64,000 nucleotides of DNA. It comes from an uncultured Acidobacteriota bacterium (GTDB taxonomy: Bacteria; Acidobacteriota; Vicinamibacteria; Fen-336). Position numbers and translations under genes: made by a program. Location of the stretch: positions 128,001-192,000 of the forward strand of contig OY970399.1 of assembly GCA_963720545.1 (NCBI GenBank), given 5' to 3'. Position 1 is the stretch's first letter. Each line of letters starts with the position of its first letter. Positions 9,178 through 23,748 of this stretch are shown in pieces. The notes under the pieces were generated by a model, which was not told the DNA's origin, searched no databases, and worked only from the letters and a program-made list of their open reading frames with translations.

Positions 9178-9946
9178 TCAGTTCTGCGTGCGGACGACAG
9201 TGTAGGTCGTGCCGGCGGCTTCGGGCGGCGAAGTCGCCACGTGCAGGACGCCGGCGCCGTCGCGCCAACGATAATACGTGCGGGTGCGCGGGGTCACGGG
9301 CGCTGCCGCGCGCACCACCGCGTTGCGGGCGAGTGCCGCCGAAGGTGCCGCAGCCACCAGCTGCTGCGACGTTCCCCACGACACCTTGTTGCCGAGAAAC
9401 GAGTTGATCTTCGCGACGTAGGCCTGCGTTTCCTTGTAGGGCGGGACGCCGCGGTACTTGAGCACTGCGCCTTCGCCGGCGTTGTAGGCCGCGAGCGCCA
9501 GGGAGACGTCGCCGCCGAAGAGGTCGAGCAGCAGGCGCAGGTACTGCGTGCCGCCGAAGATGTTCTGGCGCGGGTTGAACGAGTCGCTGACCGCGAAGCG
9601 GCGCGCGGTGAACGGCATCAGCTGCATCAGGCCCTGCGCGCCTTTCGACGAGACCGCGCGGTCGTCGAACGCCGACTCCGCCTCGATCACACCGCGCACC
9701 AGCTCGGGGGCGACGCCGAAGGTGCGCGCGGCCTCGATGATGTGCAGGTCGTACTGGCCGCGGTACGCCGCGCGGCGATAGCCCTTGGAATGGATGAGCG
9801 TGCCCTTGCCGGGATAGATCATGCGGTAGTCGGGCGCCGGGATGTTCGTCACCTCGAGGACGCCGTTGGCGTTGCGCCGCGCGTACACCTGCGCGCTCGC
9901 CGCCGCCGGCATCGCCAGCGCCGCCAGCACCAGCAGCAGCACGCCG

Positions 9947-9957
<11 letters not shown>
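9178..9957 (-). CDS. Secreted lytic transglycosylase (SLT domain)
   Basis: Signal peptide; VIEAESAF (catalytic Glu), GAQGLMQLMP, ALAAYNAG, PPYKETQAYV. Confidence 0.9.
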
Positions 9958-12621
<2,664 letters not shown>

Positions 12622-12625
<4 letters not shown>

Positions 12626-13134
12626 GGCGAGTCTTCCAGTGTACCGGCGGCGCCCGGGTGGCGCGAGTGCAGCCGCTCACGCACCAGCGAGGGCGGAAAG
12701 CCCCTGCGGACGAGGTAGGCGAACACCCGCGCGAGCCGTTTTTTCCCCTCCACCCGGGCGTGTCGCTTCCAGCAGGCCGCCGCCAGCCGGTCGATGGTGG
12801 CGGGCTCGAGGTCCTGCGCCACCACCCCCTTCACGGCCTCGTCCGTCAGCGTTTTGGACACCCCGCGGGCGCGCAGCCCCAGCAGGATCCGACGGCGGCC
12901 GTAGCCGCGTTCGCTGCGCGAGCGGGCGTAGCGCTCGGCCAGCGAGGCATCGTCGATGAGTCGCTGGGAGGCGAGGCGGGTGAGCACCGGCTCGATCTGC
13001 TCTTCGTCGTAGCCGCGCCGCTTCAGCAGGCGGGCCATCTCTTTCGCGCTACAGTCGCGCCGCGACAGGATGTCGATCGACGCCTGGTAGGGCGTCAGGT
13101 CGGTTCGGGGGCCGGAGCGGCGGCGGGTCGGCAT
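12622..13134 (-). CDS. recX: Regulatory protein RecX
   Basis: LSRRDCS..L..RG, LIDD..LAE, GYGRRRI..L..RG, YLVRRGF repeats; directly upstream of alaS. Confidence 0.88.
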
Positions 13135-13142
13135 GATGATGT

Positions 13143-13157
13143 GCTTTGTTACAAAGC
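13143..13157. promoter_or_regulatory. Perfect 15-bp palindrome, candidate operator upstream of recX-alaS
   Basis: GCTTTGT-T-ACAAAGC in an AT-rich intergenic gap, overlapping a minus-strand TAAGCT -10-like hexamer at 13155-13160. Confidence 0.45.
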
Positions 13158-13205
13158 TTAACGTAAGACCGCCCGGCAGTTGACGAAAAGTGCTCTCGAA
13201 AGGGC

Positions 13206-14336
13206 TCAGCGCACCTTGTAGGTTCGGAGCTTCTTCTCCATCTCTTCGCCGGCCAGGTCGGCGGCCGACTGCACGCCTTCGAGCTTGAGGCGGAACTCGT
13301 CGGGGTTCGTTGCCCAGCGCAGCGCCTCCTCGCGGCTGATGTAGCGGTCGCGCAGCAGGCCGAAGAGCGACTGGTCGAAGGTCTGCATGCCGTATTGCGA
13401 CAGCCCGGCGGCGATCGCCGCGGGGATCTGGCGGGTCTTTTCCTCGTTGGCGATGCAGTCGCGGATGAGCGGCGTCACCACCATCACCTCCACCGCCGGC
13501 ACGCGGCCCTTGCTGTCGGCGCGCTGCACCAGGCGCATGGAGATGACCGCGCGCAGCACCGAGGCAAGCTGCAGGCGCACGTGCGCCTGTTGGTGCGGCG
13601 GGAAGGAGGCGACGATGCGGTTGATGGTCTCGGTGGCGTCGAGCGTGTGCAGCGTCGAGAGCACCAGGTGGCCGGTTTCGGCAGCGGTGATGGCGGTTTC
13701 GATCGTCTCGTGATCGCGCATCTCGCCGACCAGGATCACGTCCGGGTCCTGGCGCAGGGCGCTGCGCAGCGCGGTCGCGAAGCTGCGGGTGTCGAGGTCC
13801 ACCTCGCGCTGGTTGACGATCGACTTCTTGTCGCGGTGCAGGAACTCGATCGGGTCCTCGATGGTGATGATGTGTTCGGCACGCTGCTCGTTGATGTGGT
13901 CGATCATCGCGGCCAGGGTCGTGGACTTGCCCGAGCCGGTGGTGCCGGTGCAGAGGATCAGCCCGCGCGGCTCGGCGGCGATGCGCTCGATCACCACTGG
14001 CAACGCCAGCTCGGAGATCGGCCGCACCATCACCGGGATCAGGCGGCAGACGATGCCGACGCTGCCGCGCTGCTGGAAGATAGCGCAGCGGAAGCGGCCG
14101 AGGCCGGGCACCGCGTAGGCGATGTCGGTCTCGAGGTTTTCGCGGAAACGCGCCTTCTGCCGGTCCTTCATCATCGAGGAGGCGATGGCGATGGTGTCCT
14201 CGGGCGTCAGCACCGGCTGGTCGAGCATCGGCACCAGGTCGCCGTCCACGCGCAGGATGGGGTGCGAGCCGGCCTTGAGGTGCACGTCGGAGGCGCTGCG
14301 GGCCGCCGCGAGCGTCAGGAAATCATTGATGTTCAC
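13206..14336 (-). CDS. pilT: Type IV pilus retraction ATPase PilT/PilU family
   Basis: SDVHL, GTTGSGKSTT Walker A, TIEDPIEF Asp box, LRQDPDVILVGEMRD, TGHLVLSTLH His box, GMQTFDQSL. Confidence 0.9.
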   Translation of the reverse strand: MNINDFLTLAAARSASDVHLKAGSHPILRVDGDLVPMLDQPVLTPEDTIAIASSMMKDRQKARFRENLETDIAYAVPGLGRFRCAIFQQRGSVGIVCRLIPVMVRPISELALPVVIERIAAEPRGLILCTGTTGSGKSTTLAAMIDHINEQRAEHIITIEDPIEFLHRDKKSIVNQREVDLDTRSFATALRSALRQDPDVILVGEMRDHETIETAITAAETGHLVLSTLHTLDATETINRIVASFPPHQQAHVRLQLASVLRAVISMRLVQRADSKGRVPAVEVMVVTPLIRDCIANEEKTRQIPAAIAAGLSQYGMQTFDQSLFGLLRDRYISREEALRWATNPDEFRLKLEGVQSAADLAGEEMEKKLRTYKVR

Positions 14337-14372
14337 CGCTTGCCCCCCGAGTACCGCGCTTGCTCCGGGACT

Positions 14373-15308
14373 TTACTGCTTCTCCCCGCAGAACGGGCAG
14401 CTGTCGGAGCGGGCGTGCAGCGGCTTGTTGCAGTGCCAGCAGAACACCTTGCGGGGCGCCTCGCGCGCCTTGATGCGCTTGCGCATGTCCTCCACCTGCG
14501 CCGCTTTATGGTCGATGTCGGAAGCAGTCAGCAGGTCGTCGAGGAACTCGCTGGCGGTCTGGTAGCGGTCCGCTACGTCCGGGGTCATCGACTTCATGAC
14601 GATGTCCGACAGCTCGCGCGGCACCGCCTGGTTGCGCACGTTCACCGGCGTGCAGCGGCCGGCGCTCACCATCCGCTCGATCTGCGCGGGGTTGGGGCTG
14701 AAGTAGGGGAGCGTACCGGTCAGCATCTGATAGAGCATCACGCCCACCGAGTAAATGTCCGAGGCCAGCACCGCGCGGCCCTTGAACTGCTCGGGCGCCA
14801 TGTACGGCGGGCTGCCGATGACGGTGGTCGCGTGCGACTTCTCGAGGAAGCGCGAGGTGCCGAAATCGGCCACCTTGACGAGGCCGCTCTCGGAGACGAG
14901 CACGTTGGCGGGGCGGATGTCCCGGTGCAGGATCATCGCCTTGTGGGCGTGGTCGACACCCTTCAGCACCTGGACGACGTAGTTGAGCGCGCGCGGGATG
15001 TCGAGGCTCTTCTCGCGGTCGAGCACCGCTTCGAGGCTCTCGCCCTTGACGTACTCCATGACGATGAAGAAGACGTTGTCCACCTTCTCGGCGGTGACGA
15101 TGCCGACGATGTTCGGGTGGTCGAGCGCCGCCAGGAGCCGCGGCTCCTGCAGCAGCTCGTCGAAGTCGCCGGTCTGCCGGTGCGGAACCTTGATCGCCAC
15201 CTTCTTGTCGATCCACGCGTCCTTGGCGAGGAACACCGTGCCAAAGCCGCCGGAGCCGAGGTTGGAGAGGATCTGGTACTTCCCGGCGGTCTGTCCCAGG
15301 AGGAACAT
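14373..15308 (-). CDS. Hanks-type Ser/Thr protein kinase with C-terminal Zn ribbon
   Basis: LGSGGFGTV, VAIK, HRDIRPAN, DFG, GSPPYMAPE, SDIYSVG; C-terminus CWHC..CPFC; start reassigned to ATG 15308 because the longer ORF overlaps rsmE. Confidence 0.9.
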   Translation of the reverse strand: MFLLGQTAGKYQILSNLGSGGFGTVFLAKDAWIDKKVAIKVPHRQTGDFDELLQEPRLLAALDHPNIVGIVTAEKVDNVFFIVMEYVKGESLEAVLDREKSLDIPRALNYVVQVLKGVDHAHKAMILHRDIRPANVLVSESGLVKVADFGTSRFLEKSHATTVIGSPPYMAPEQFKGRAVLASDIYSVGVMLYQMLTGTLPYFSPNPAQIERMVSAGRCTPVNVRNQAVPRELSDIVMKSMTPDVADRYQTASEFLDDLLTASDIDHKAAQVEDMRKRIKAREAPRKVFCWHCNKPLHARSDSCPFCGEKQ

Positions 15309-15327
15309 TTGCAGGAGCGAGAGTCTA

Positions 15328-16056
15328 TCAGCCCAGGTCGCCGTGCAGCGCCTGGAGCAAGGTGACCGCCGCGATCGCTGCGGTTTCGGCGCGCAGCACG
15401 CGCGCGCCGAGCGAACGCGGCAAGAAGCCGGCAGCAGTGATCGCAGTAACTTCCTCCGGCGCCAGGCCGCCCGCGGGACCAACCAGGGCCACGATCGCCG
15501 AAGCACCGGCTGTGCTGCGCAGCGCGGGATGCCCGGCCGTCTCGAGCAGCACGATGCGGCACTCGGGCAGTGGGCTCGCAAGGAACCCGGGCAGCGACGC
15601 GAAGGTGCGGATGGCGGGCACCACCGCGCGGCCGCACTGTTCGGCCGCACCCGCCGCGATGCGCCGCCAGCGCTCATCCCGGGCGCCGCTCGCGGCGGGA
15701 CGGCCCGCAGCATCGGTACGGGCAGTGATCACCGGCATCAGGGCGGTGACGCCCAGCTCGGTCGCCTTCTGGATGACGAAATCCATGCGGTCGCCCTTGA
15801 GCGGCGCGAGTGCCAGGATGAGGTTCAGTGGCGACTCGGGACGCGGTGAAACCGCGGCGCCAACCGCGACGCTCACCCGGTTGCGCCCCAGGGACTCGAC
15901 TCGAGCTTCGAACTCGTGACCGGCGCCATCGAAGACGCGGACGTCGCTGCCAACACGCAGGCGCAGCACGTGCGCCGCGTGGTGTGCGGCTTCGTCGGGC
16001 AGCTCCACCTGCGCCAGCGAAGCGGCCGCCGGCACGTGGAAGCGCGGCGCGCTCAT
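15328..16056 (-). CDS. rsmE: 16S rRNA m3U1498 methyltransferase
   Basis: HAAHVLRL, QKATELGV, AAEQCGR, VGPAGG, LGARVLRAETA; start reassigned to ATG 16056. Confidence 0.93.
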   Translation of the reverse strand: MSAPRFHVPAAASLAQVELPDEAAHHAAHVLRLRVGSDVRVFDGAGHEFEARVESLGRNRVSVAVGAAVSPRPESPLNLILALAPLKGDRMDFVIQKATELGVTALMPVITARTDAAGRPAASGARDERWRRIAAGAAEQCGRAVVPAIRTFASLPGFLASPLPECRIVLLETAGHPALRSTAGASAIVALVGPAGGLAPEEVTAITAAGFLPRSLGARVLRAETAAIAAVTLLQALHGDLG

Positions 16057-16883
16057 GAGGTGCGGGACAGGATGAGGCACGACCATTCGCCTTCGCTCAG
16101 GCGACCTTCGACCCGCGACGACTGGTACACCGCCGCCACCCGATCCGCTTCCTCGGTGAGGAGGCCACAGAGCAGCAGCCGGCCCTCCGGCTTGACGATC
16201 GCCTCCAGCTCCGCGGCACGGGCGGTCAGGAGCGGCGCCGCGATGTTGGCGACGACCGTGTCGAAGGAGGCAGGGCGAAATGCCCTGGCGCAATCGGCGC
16301 GCACGAACGGCAGCGCAGCGCCGTTCAATCCGGCATGACGGGCCGCAACCCGCAACGCCTCCGGGTCGATCTCGGCCCCGACCGTGAAGGCGGCGCCGAG
16401 CCGCAACGCCGCGATCCCGAGTATCCCGGTGCCGGTGCCGATATCGGCCACCCGCCCCAGCCCGCGCGGTGCCGCCGCGAGCCCCTCGAGCGCCAGGATG
16501 CACAGCCGCGTGCTCTCGTGGGTGCCGGTGCCAAAGGCGCGGCCGGGATCCATCACCAACGTACGCGCATGCCGCGGCTCTTCCTCGTCCCAGATCGGCA
16601 GGATGCGGAACGAGCCGACGCTGAGCGCGCGGTAGTGCTTGCGAAATTCCTCGACCCAGTCGCGCCGATCGACCTCGTGCAAGCCAAGCGGAGCAAGCAG
16701 CCGCCCGCGCAACGCCATCTCCACCTCGGCGGCCGCCACCGAGTCGTCGAAGAACACAGCCCACGAAGCCTCGCCCGGTGCTGCCGCCAGTTCACTGCTG
16801 CCAAGCGACTGCAGTTCCCACAGGATGGTCGCCACTTCATCGGCCACCGCCGATGGGAACCGGATCGAGTACGACCTAACCAA
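16053..16883 (-). CDS. prmA: Ribosomal protein L11 methyltransferase
   Basis: DPGRAFGTGTHESTRLC, DIGTGTGIL, VVANI; classical dnaJ-prmA-rsmE synteny. Confidence 0.92.
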   Translation of the reverse strand: MVRSYSIRFPSAVADEVATILWELQSLGSSELAAAPGEASWAVFFDDSVAAAEVEMALRGRLLAPLGLHEVDRRDWVEEFRKHYRALSVGSFRILPIWDEEEPRHARTLVMDPGRAFGTGTHESTRLCILALEGLAAAPRGLGRVADIGTGTGILGIAALRLGAAFTVGAEIDPEALRVAARHAGLNGAALPFVRADCARAFRPASFDTVVANIAAPLLTARAAELEAIVKPEGRLLLCGLLTEEADRVAAVYQSSRVEGRLSEGEWSCLILSRTS

Positions 16884-16904
16884 GCGAAACCTTCATGCGC
16901 TGGC

Positions 16905-18014
16905 TCAGATGAGGTCTTTGACCCAGTCCAGGAACGAGCGCTTGGGGTCGGCGGTTGACGGCGCGGGCAGCGACTTGTCGAGTTGCTCGAGGAGCTTGCG
17001 CTGCTCGGAGGTGAGGCGGGTCGGGGTCAGCACGCGCACCGTGACGTGCAGATCGCCGCGGCCCTTGCCGCCGAGGCGCGGCACGCCCTTGCCCTTGACG
17101 CGGAAGGAGGCGCCCGTCTGCGTGCCTTCGGGCACCGAGAGCTTCGACTCTTCGCCGTCGGGGGTGGGGACGTGCAGGCTCGTGCCGAGGGATGCCTGGG
17201 CGATGGTGAGCGGCATCTCGCAGAAGAGGTTTTCGCCCTCGCGCTGGAAGAACGGGTGCTCGGCGACGCGGATCGCAACGTACAGGTCGCCGGGCGGCGC
17301 GCCGGGCGAGCCGGCTTCGCCTTCGCCGGTGATGCGCAGCTGGCTGCCGGAATCGACGCCGGGCGGGATCTTCACCTGCAGCGTGCGCTCCACGTTGACG
17401 CGGCCCTGGCCGCGGCAGGTGGCGCACGCGTCCTTGATCGTGCGCCCGGTGCCGCCGCAGCGGCCGCAGGTGCGCGCCACCGAGAAGAAGCCCTGCTGGA
17501 ACGTCACCTGTCCCGAGCCGCCGCAGGTGTCGCAGGTGGCCGGCTTCGTGCCGGGCGCCGCGCCGGTGCCGTCGCAGGTTGTGCAGTTCTCGCTGCGCGG
17601 GATCTTGAGCTGCGTCTCGGTGCCGAAGAGCGCGTGCTCGAAGGACAGGTCGAGGTTGTAGCGCAGGTCGGCGCCGCGCCGCGGGCCGCCGCGGCGGCCG
17701 AACAGGTCGGAGAAGCCGAACAGGTCGCCGAAGATGTCGCCGATGTCGCGGAAGTTCGACGGGTCGAAGCCGGCGCTGCCGCCGAGACCCGCGTGGCCCA
17801 GCGTGTCGTAGCGCTGCTTCTTGTCCTCGTCGCTCAGCACCGCGTACGCCTCGGCCGCCTCCTTGAACTTCTCCTCGGCTTCGCCGTCACCGGGATTGCG
17901 GTCGGGGTGAAACTTGAGGGCGAGCTTGCGGTAGGCCGACTTGATCTCGGCGTCGCCGGCGTCGCGCGACACCCCCAGCACTTCGTAGTAGTCGCGCTTG
18001 GCGGTGGCGGGCAT
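16905..18014 (-). CDS. dnaJ: Chaperone DnaJ
   Basis: J-domain with HPD, G/F region, four CxxCxGxG repeats. Confidence 0.97.
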   Translation of the reverse strand: MPATAKRDYYEVLGVSRDAGDAEIKSAYRKLALKFHPDRNPGDGEAEEKFKEAAEAYAVLSDEDKKQRYDTLGHAGLGGSAGFDPSNFRDIGDIFGDLFGFSDLFGRRGGPRRGADLRYNLDLSFEHALFGTETQLKIPRSENCTTCDGTGAAPGTKPATCDTCGGSGQVTFQQGFFSVARTCGRCGGTGRTIKDACATCRGQGRVNVERTLQVKIPPGVDSGSQLRITGEGEAGSPGAPPGDLYVAIRVAEHPFFQREGENLFCEMPLTIAQASLGTSLHVPTPDGEESKLSVPEGTQTGASFRVKGKGVPRLGGKGRGDLHVTVRVLTPTRLTSEQRKLLEQLDKSLPAPSTADPKRSFLDWVKDLI

Positions 18015-18041
18015 CGCTTCGGAGGCTTGGTTCCTGCGCGG

Positions 18042-19831
<1,790 letters not shown>

Positions 19832-19844
<13 letters not shown>

Positions 19845-20410
19845 GGATTGCCTCTCATCCTGCCGCCGGCCACGGCATCGTGCGTGCCCTGTCCTTCGGC
19901 TGTTTCAGGACTGGTATCCGTTTCGTTCTTCGCGACCTTCACGAGCGCGGGCCGCAGCAGGCGGTCCTTCAGGGTGTAGCCCTTCTGCAGCACCTCGAGA
20001 ATGGCGCCGTCGCGGTTGCCGGGAGCCGGCTCGTGCGACAGCGCCTCGTGGCGGTTCGGGTCGAACTGCTCGCCGTGCGGCTCGTCGATCGCCAGGCCGC
20101 GTGCCTCCAGCACTCCGCGCATCTGCTTCGCGACCATCTCGATGCCGGTGCGCAGCGACTGCTCCGAGCCCTGGGCGCCGAGCGCGCGGTCGAAGTTGTC
20201 GAGGACCGGGATGAGGTCGCGAAACAGCGCGGCCGCGGCGTCGTGTGCCGCCTGCTGGCGCTCGCGTTCAGCACGCTTCTTGTAGTTGTCGAAGTCGGCG
20301 GCCTTGCGCAGGAGCTGGTCTTTCAGCTCCGCGAGTTCGCGGCGCGCCGCATCTTCGCCGGTCTCGGCCACAGGCTCGAGGCCTTTCTCGGGTTTCCCGT
20401 TGTCGCCCAT
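19832..20410 (-). CDS. grpE: Nucleotide exchange factor GrpE
   Basis: ADFDNYKKR, LIPVLDNFDRA, FDPNRHEA, QKGYTLKDRLLRPALV; start reassigned to ATG 20410. Confidence 0.95.
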
Positions 20411-20415
20411 GCGTT

Positions 20416-21465
20416 CTACGCCCGAAGCTCCTGAATGCTGGCAGTCACCGCCAGCGCCGCGGCGCCCACCACGGCCACCGCGCGCGAGTATTCCATGCGC
20501 GTCCCGCCGAGGATACCGATTCCGAACACCTCGCGACCGTCCACTTCGCAGCGGGCCGTGACCAGGGACACTTTCCGCAGCGCCGGGTCGGCGTTCTCGC
20601 GGCCGATGGTGATGCGCACGCCGCTGCCGTCGAGGCAGGCGCCGAGGATGCGCACCAGCCGGCTCTTCTCCTCGAAGGTGCGGAAGATGGTGCGCATCAG
20701 CTCGACGTCGTCGGTCTGTTCGAGCAGGTTGACGGCGCCGTCGAGGAAGACACTGGCTTCGCTGGGCGCGCCCTCGAAGGACGGCTCGGCGAGCGCCACC
20801 ACCTGCTTCAGCAGCTGGTCGTAGCGCGCCTTTTCTTCCTTCATCATCTCCAGGAGCCGCGCCCGGATTTCCGGGAGAGGCACACCGGAGAAATGGGTGT
20901 TGAGGTAGTTGGCGCACGCCTGCAGGTCGTCCTGGGTGATTTCGGTCTCGAACTCGACGTCCACCACGCGGTTGGTGACGATGCCGATGGGCGAGACCAT
21001 CACCGCCAGGATGCGCGGGTGGGGCAGGCGCACGAAGTCGATGTGGCGGAAGGTCGGCATTGCCGGGTCGCTGAGGAGCGCAAACCCCATCTGCTGGCTC
21101 ATCTCCGAGAGCAGCTGCGGCACGCTTTGCAGCAGCTGCTGCGGCGAGGAGTCGCCCGGGCGTAGCCGCGACTGGATGCGGCGCGCCTCCGCCACGTCGA
21201 GCGCCTGCGGCGCCATCAAAGCGTCGACGTACAGGCGATAGCCGTCGTCGGTGGGCACGCGGCCGGCACTGGTGTGCGGGTGGTCGAGGTAGCCGAGCTT
21301 CTCGAGTTCGGCGAGCGTGTTGCGGATGGTGGCTGAGGAGAGCGTGTTGCCCAGCCGCCGCGCCAGGCTCTCCGAGCCGACCGGCTCGCCCGTGCCGATG
21401 TGCAGGTCGACGAGCGAGCGCAGGATCGCGCCGCTGCGTTCACCCAGGGGCGAGGGCGGCATCAT
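20416..21465 (-). CDS. hrcA: Heat-inducible transcription repressor HrcA
   Basis: GEPVGS, SSATIRN..LE..GYL.HPHTSAGRVPT..GYRLYVD, GILGGTRMEY; start overlaps the ALDH stop. Confidence 0.95.
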   Translation of the reverse strand: MMPPSPLGERSGAILRSLVDLHIGTGEPVGSESLARRLGNTLSSATIRNTLAELEKLGYLDHPHTSAGRVPTDDGYRLYVDALMAPQALDVAEARRIQSRLRPGDSSPQQLLQSVPQLLSEMSQQMGFALLSDPAMPTFRHIDFVRLPHPRILAVMVSPIGIVTNRVVDVEFETEITQDDLQACANYLNTHFSGVPLPEIRARLLEMMKEEKARYDQLLKQVVALAEPSFEGAPSEASVFLDGAVNLLEQTDDVELMRTIFRTFEEKSRLVRILGACLDGSGVRITIGRENADPALRKVSLVTARCEVDGREVFGIGILGGTRMEYSRAVAVVGAAALAVTASIQELRA

Positions 21466-23006
21466 TCGCCGAAGCGGATGCCCTGTGCGAGCGGCAGCTC
21501 GGCCGACCAGTTGAGGGTGTTGGTCTGGCGGCGCATGTACGCCTTCCACGCGTCCGAGCCCGACTCGCGGCCGCCGCCTGTTTCCTTCTCGCCGCCGAAG
21601 GCGCCGCCGATCTCGGCGCCGGAGGTGCCGATGTTGACGTTCGCGATGCCACAGTCGGAGCCCTTGGGCGAGACGAACTCCTCGGCCTGGCGGACGCTGT
21701 CGGTGAACACCGCGCTCGACAACCCCTGGGGCACCTCGTTGTGCAGCGCCATGGCGTCGTCGAAGGTGTCGTAGCTCATCACGTAGAGGATGGGCGCGAA
21801 CGTCTCCTGCTGCACGATCGGGGTCTGCGCCGGCATGCGGACGATGGCCGGTTCCACGAACTGCGCGCCGAGGTCGGCGCGCGGCTTGCCGCCGGTCAGG
21901 ACCCGGCCGCCTTGTTCCGAGGCCTGCGCCAGCGCCTGCTGCATGTCGTCGACAGCCCTGCGCGTCACCAGCGGCCCCATCAGCGTCGAGTCGTCGAGCG
22001 GGTTGCCGATGCGCACCTGGCCGTAGGCCTTCACCAGCCGTGCCGTCAGGTCGTCCACCACCGACGAGTGCGCGATGATGCGGCGCGTCGAGGTGCAGCG
22101 CTGGCCGGCGGTGCCGACGGCGCCGAAGACGATGGCGCGCGCGGCCATGTCGAGGTTGGCGTTCTCGGTGACCACGATCGCGTTGTTGCCGCCAAGTTCG
22201 AGGATCGAGCGGCCGAAGCGCTGCGCCACGACGCCCGCGACATGGCGGCCGATCTGCGTGGAGCCGGTGAAGGAGATGAGCGGGATGCGCGGGTCGTTCA
22301 GCATCTTCTCGCCGATGTCCCTGCCATGGCCGGCCAGCAGCGTGAAGATGCCGGTGAGGCCGTGGTCGGCCATCACCGAGTTCGCGATCGTCTGCACCGC
22401 AACGGCGCAGAGCGGCGTCGGTTCGGCGGGCTTCCAGATGATCGGGTCGCCGCACACGGCCGCGAGCGCCGAGTTCCAGGACCACACCGCGACGGGGAAG
22501 TTGAACGCGGTGATGACGCCGACCGGTCCGAGCGGATGCCACTGCTCCATCATCCGGTGCGCCGGACGTTCGGAAGCGAGCGTCAGGCCGTAGAGCTGGC
22601 GCGACAGCCCGACAGCGAAGTCGCAGATGTCGATCATCTCCTGGACTTCGCCGTGGCCTTCGGCGCGGATCTTGCCCATTTCCAGGCTGACGAGGTCGCC
22701 GAGCGGCTCCTTGTTTGCGCGCAGTGCTTCGCCAAGGTCGCGGACCACGGCGCCGCGCTTCGGCGGCGGCACCATGCGCCACGTCTGGAAGGCGGCCGTG
22801 GCCGCGCTCACCACCTTTTCATAGGCGGCGGGGCTCGCGAGGCGAACCGAGCCGATGGGTTCGCCGGTCGCGGGGTTGGTCGAGACGAGCACCTCCGCGG
22901 AAGGCTCGTCGATGAACCCCCCGGGGCCCGTGCAGGCGCCGGGGTTGATGTCCTTCAGGCCGAGCTTGTCGAGAAGCGAGGAGGTCCTGGTAGTCGCCGT
23001 TGCCAT
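21462..23006 (-). CDS. Aldehyde dehydrogenase family 7 (alpha-aminoadipic semialdehyde / P6C dehydrogenase-like)
   Basis: GEVQEMIDICDFAVGLSRQLYG, ITAFNFP, FTGS, LELGGNNA, AGQRCT, GGEKETGGGRESGSDAWK; start ATG 23006. Confidence 0.9.
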   Translation of the reverse strand: MATATTRTSSLLDKLGLKDINPGACTGPGGFIDEPSAEVLVSTNPATGEPIGSVRLASPAAYEKVVSAATAAFQTWRMVPPPKRGAVVRDLGEALRANKEPLGDLVSLEMGKIRAEGHGEVQEMIDICDFAVGLSRQLYGLTLASERPAHRMMEQWHPLGPVGVITAFNFPVAVWSWNSALAAVCGDPIIWKPAEPTPLCAVAVQTIANSVMADHGLTGIFTLLAGHGRDIGEKMLNDPRIPLISFTGSTQIGRHVAGVVAQRFGRSILELGGNNAIVVTENANLDMAARAIVFGAVGTAGQRCTSTRRIIAHSSVVDDLTARLVKAYGQVRIGNPLDDSTLMGPLVTRRAVDDMQQALAQASEQGGRVLTGGKPRADLGAQFVEPAIVRMPAQTPIVQQETFAPILYVMSYDTFDDAMALHNEVPQGLSSAVFTDSVRQAEEFVSPKGSDCGIANVNIGTSGAEIGGAFGGEKETGGGRESGSDAWKAYMRRQTNTLNWSAELPLAQGIRFGE

Positions 23007-23047
23007 CGTTGGTCGCTTCTCCGCTTCTGCTCGCTGAGGACCTGCTG

Positions 23048-23581
23048 TTATGAGTTGCCGCCGGCAGCACGCGCCTTGTTCTCGGCGCGGCCCGACATGT
23101 CGCTCATGCCCTTGAACATGGCGCCTTCGGCGATGACGATCTTGGGCGCGCGAATGTTGCCCGTGACGCGGCCGGTCGACTGGATCTCGACGCGTCCGGT
23201 GGCCAGGCAGTCGCCGGTCAGTTCGCCGGCAACCGCGATCGACTGTGCCTCGACCGTGGCCTTGACGATGCCCGACGGCGCGACCTTGAGGTCCCGGCCG
23301 ACGCGGATGTTGCCTTCGACGCGGCCCTCGATGACGACGTCCTCGTCGCCGGTGATCTCGCCGGAGATGCTGATGCCGCTCGCGATGACGCACGGGCCGG
23401 CCGACTTGCGCGGCTGCTGTGGCGCGGCCGCGGCGGTGGGGATGTACGGCGCGGGCGCGGGCGACGGAGCCGGCGGCGGCACGGGCAGGGTCACGCGCGG
23501 CAGGTTGGCTGACGGCTGCGACGCAGACGGCGTGGGGTTGAAGCCCGGCTTGTCTTCCGGCTTGTTACCGAAAATTCCCAT
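23048..23581 (-). CDS. Bactofilin (polymer-forming cytoskeletal protein) with Pro-rich N-terminus
   Basis: IASGISISGEI..IEGRVEGNI..GRVTGNI..IAEGAMFKG beta-helix repeats; GAGGAGG SD. Confidence 0.88.
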   Translation of the reverse strand: MGIFGNKPEDKPGFNPTPSASQPSANLPRVTLPVPPPAPSPAPAPYIPTAAAAPQQPRKSAGPCVIASGISISGEITGDEDVVIEGRVEGNIRVGRDLKVAPSGIVKATVEAQSIAVAGELTGDCLATGRVEIQSTGRVTGNIRAPKIVIAEGAMFKGMSDMSGRAENKARAAGGNS

Positions 23582-23625
23582 TGGACCTCCTCAAGGACTG
23601 CGCACGAAAACATAAATGATAGGCC

Positions 23626-23701
23626 TGGAGCGGGCGACGGGGCTCGAACCCGCGACACCGAGCTTGGGAAGCTCGTACTCTACCAACTGAGCTACGCCCG
23701 C
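23626..23701 (-). tRNA. tRNA-Gly (anticodon CCC)
   Basis: Reverse complement GCGGGCG TA GCTC AGTTGGTA GAGT A CGAGC TTCCCAA GCTCG .. TTCGAGC .. CGCCCGC TCCA. Confidence 0.96.
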
Positions 23702-23748
23702 CCGTTAAACGTTCGTAACGCGATGATACGCGCGGGCTTAGGGGACGG

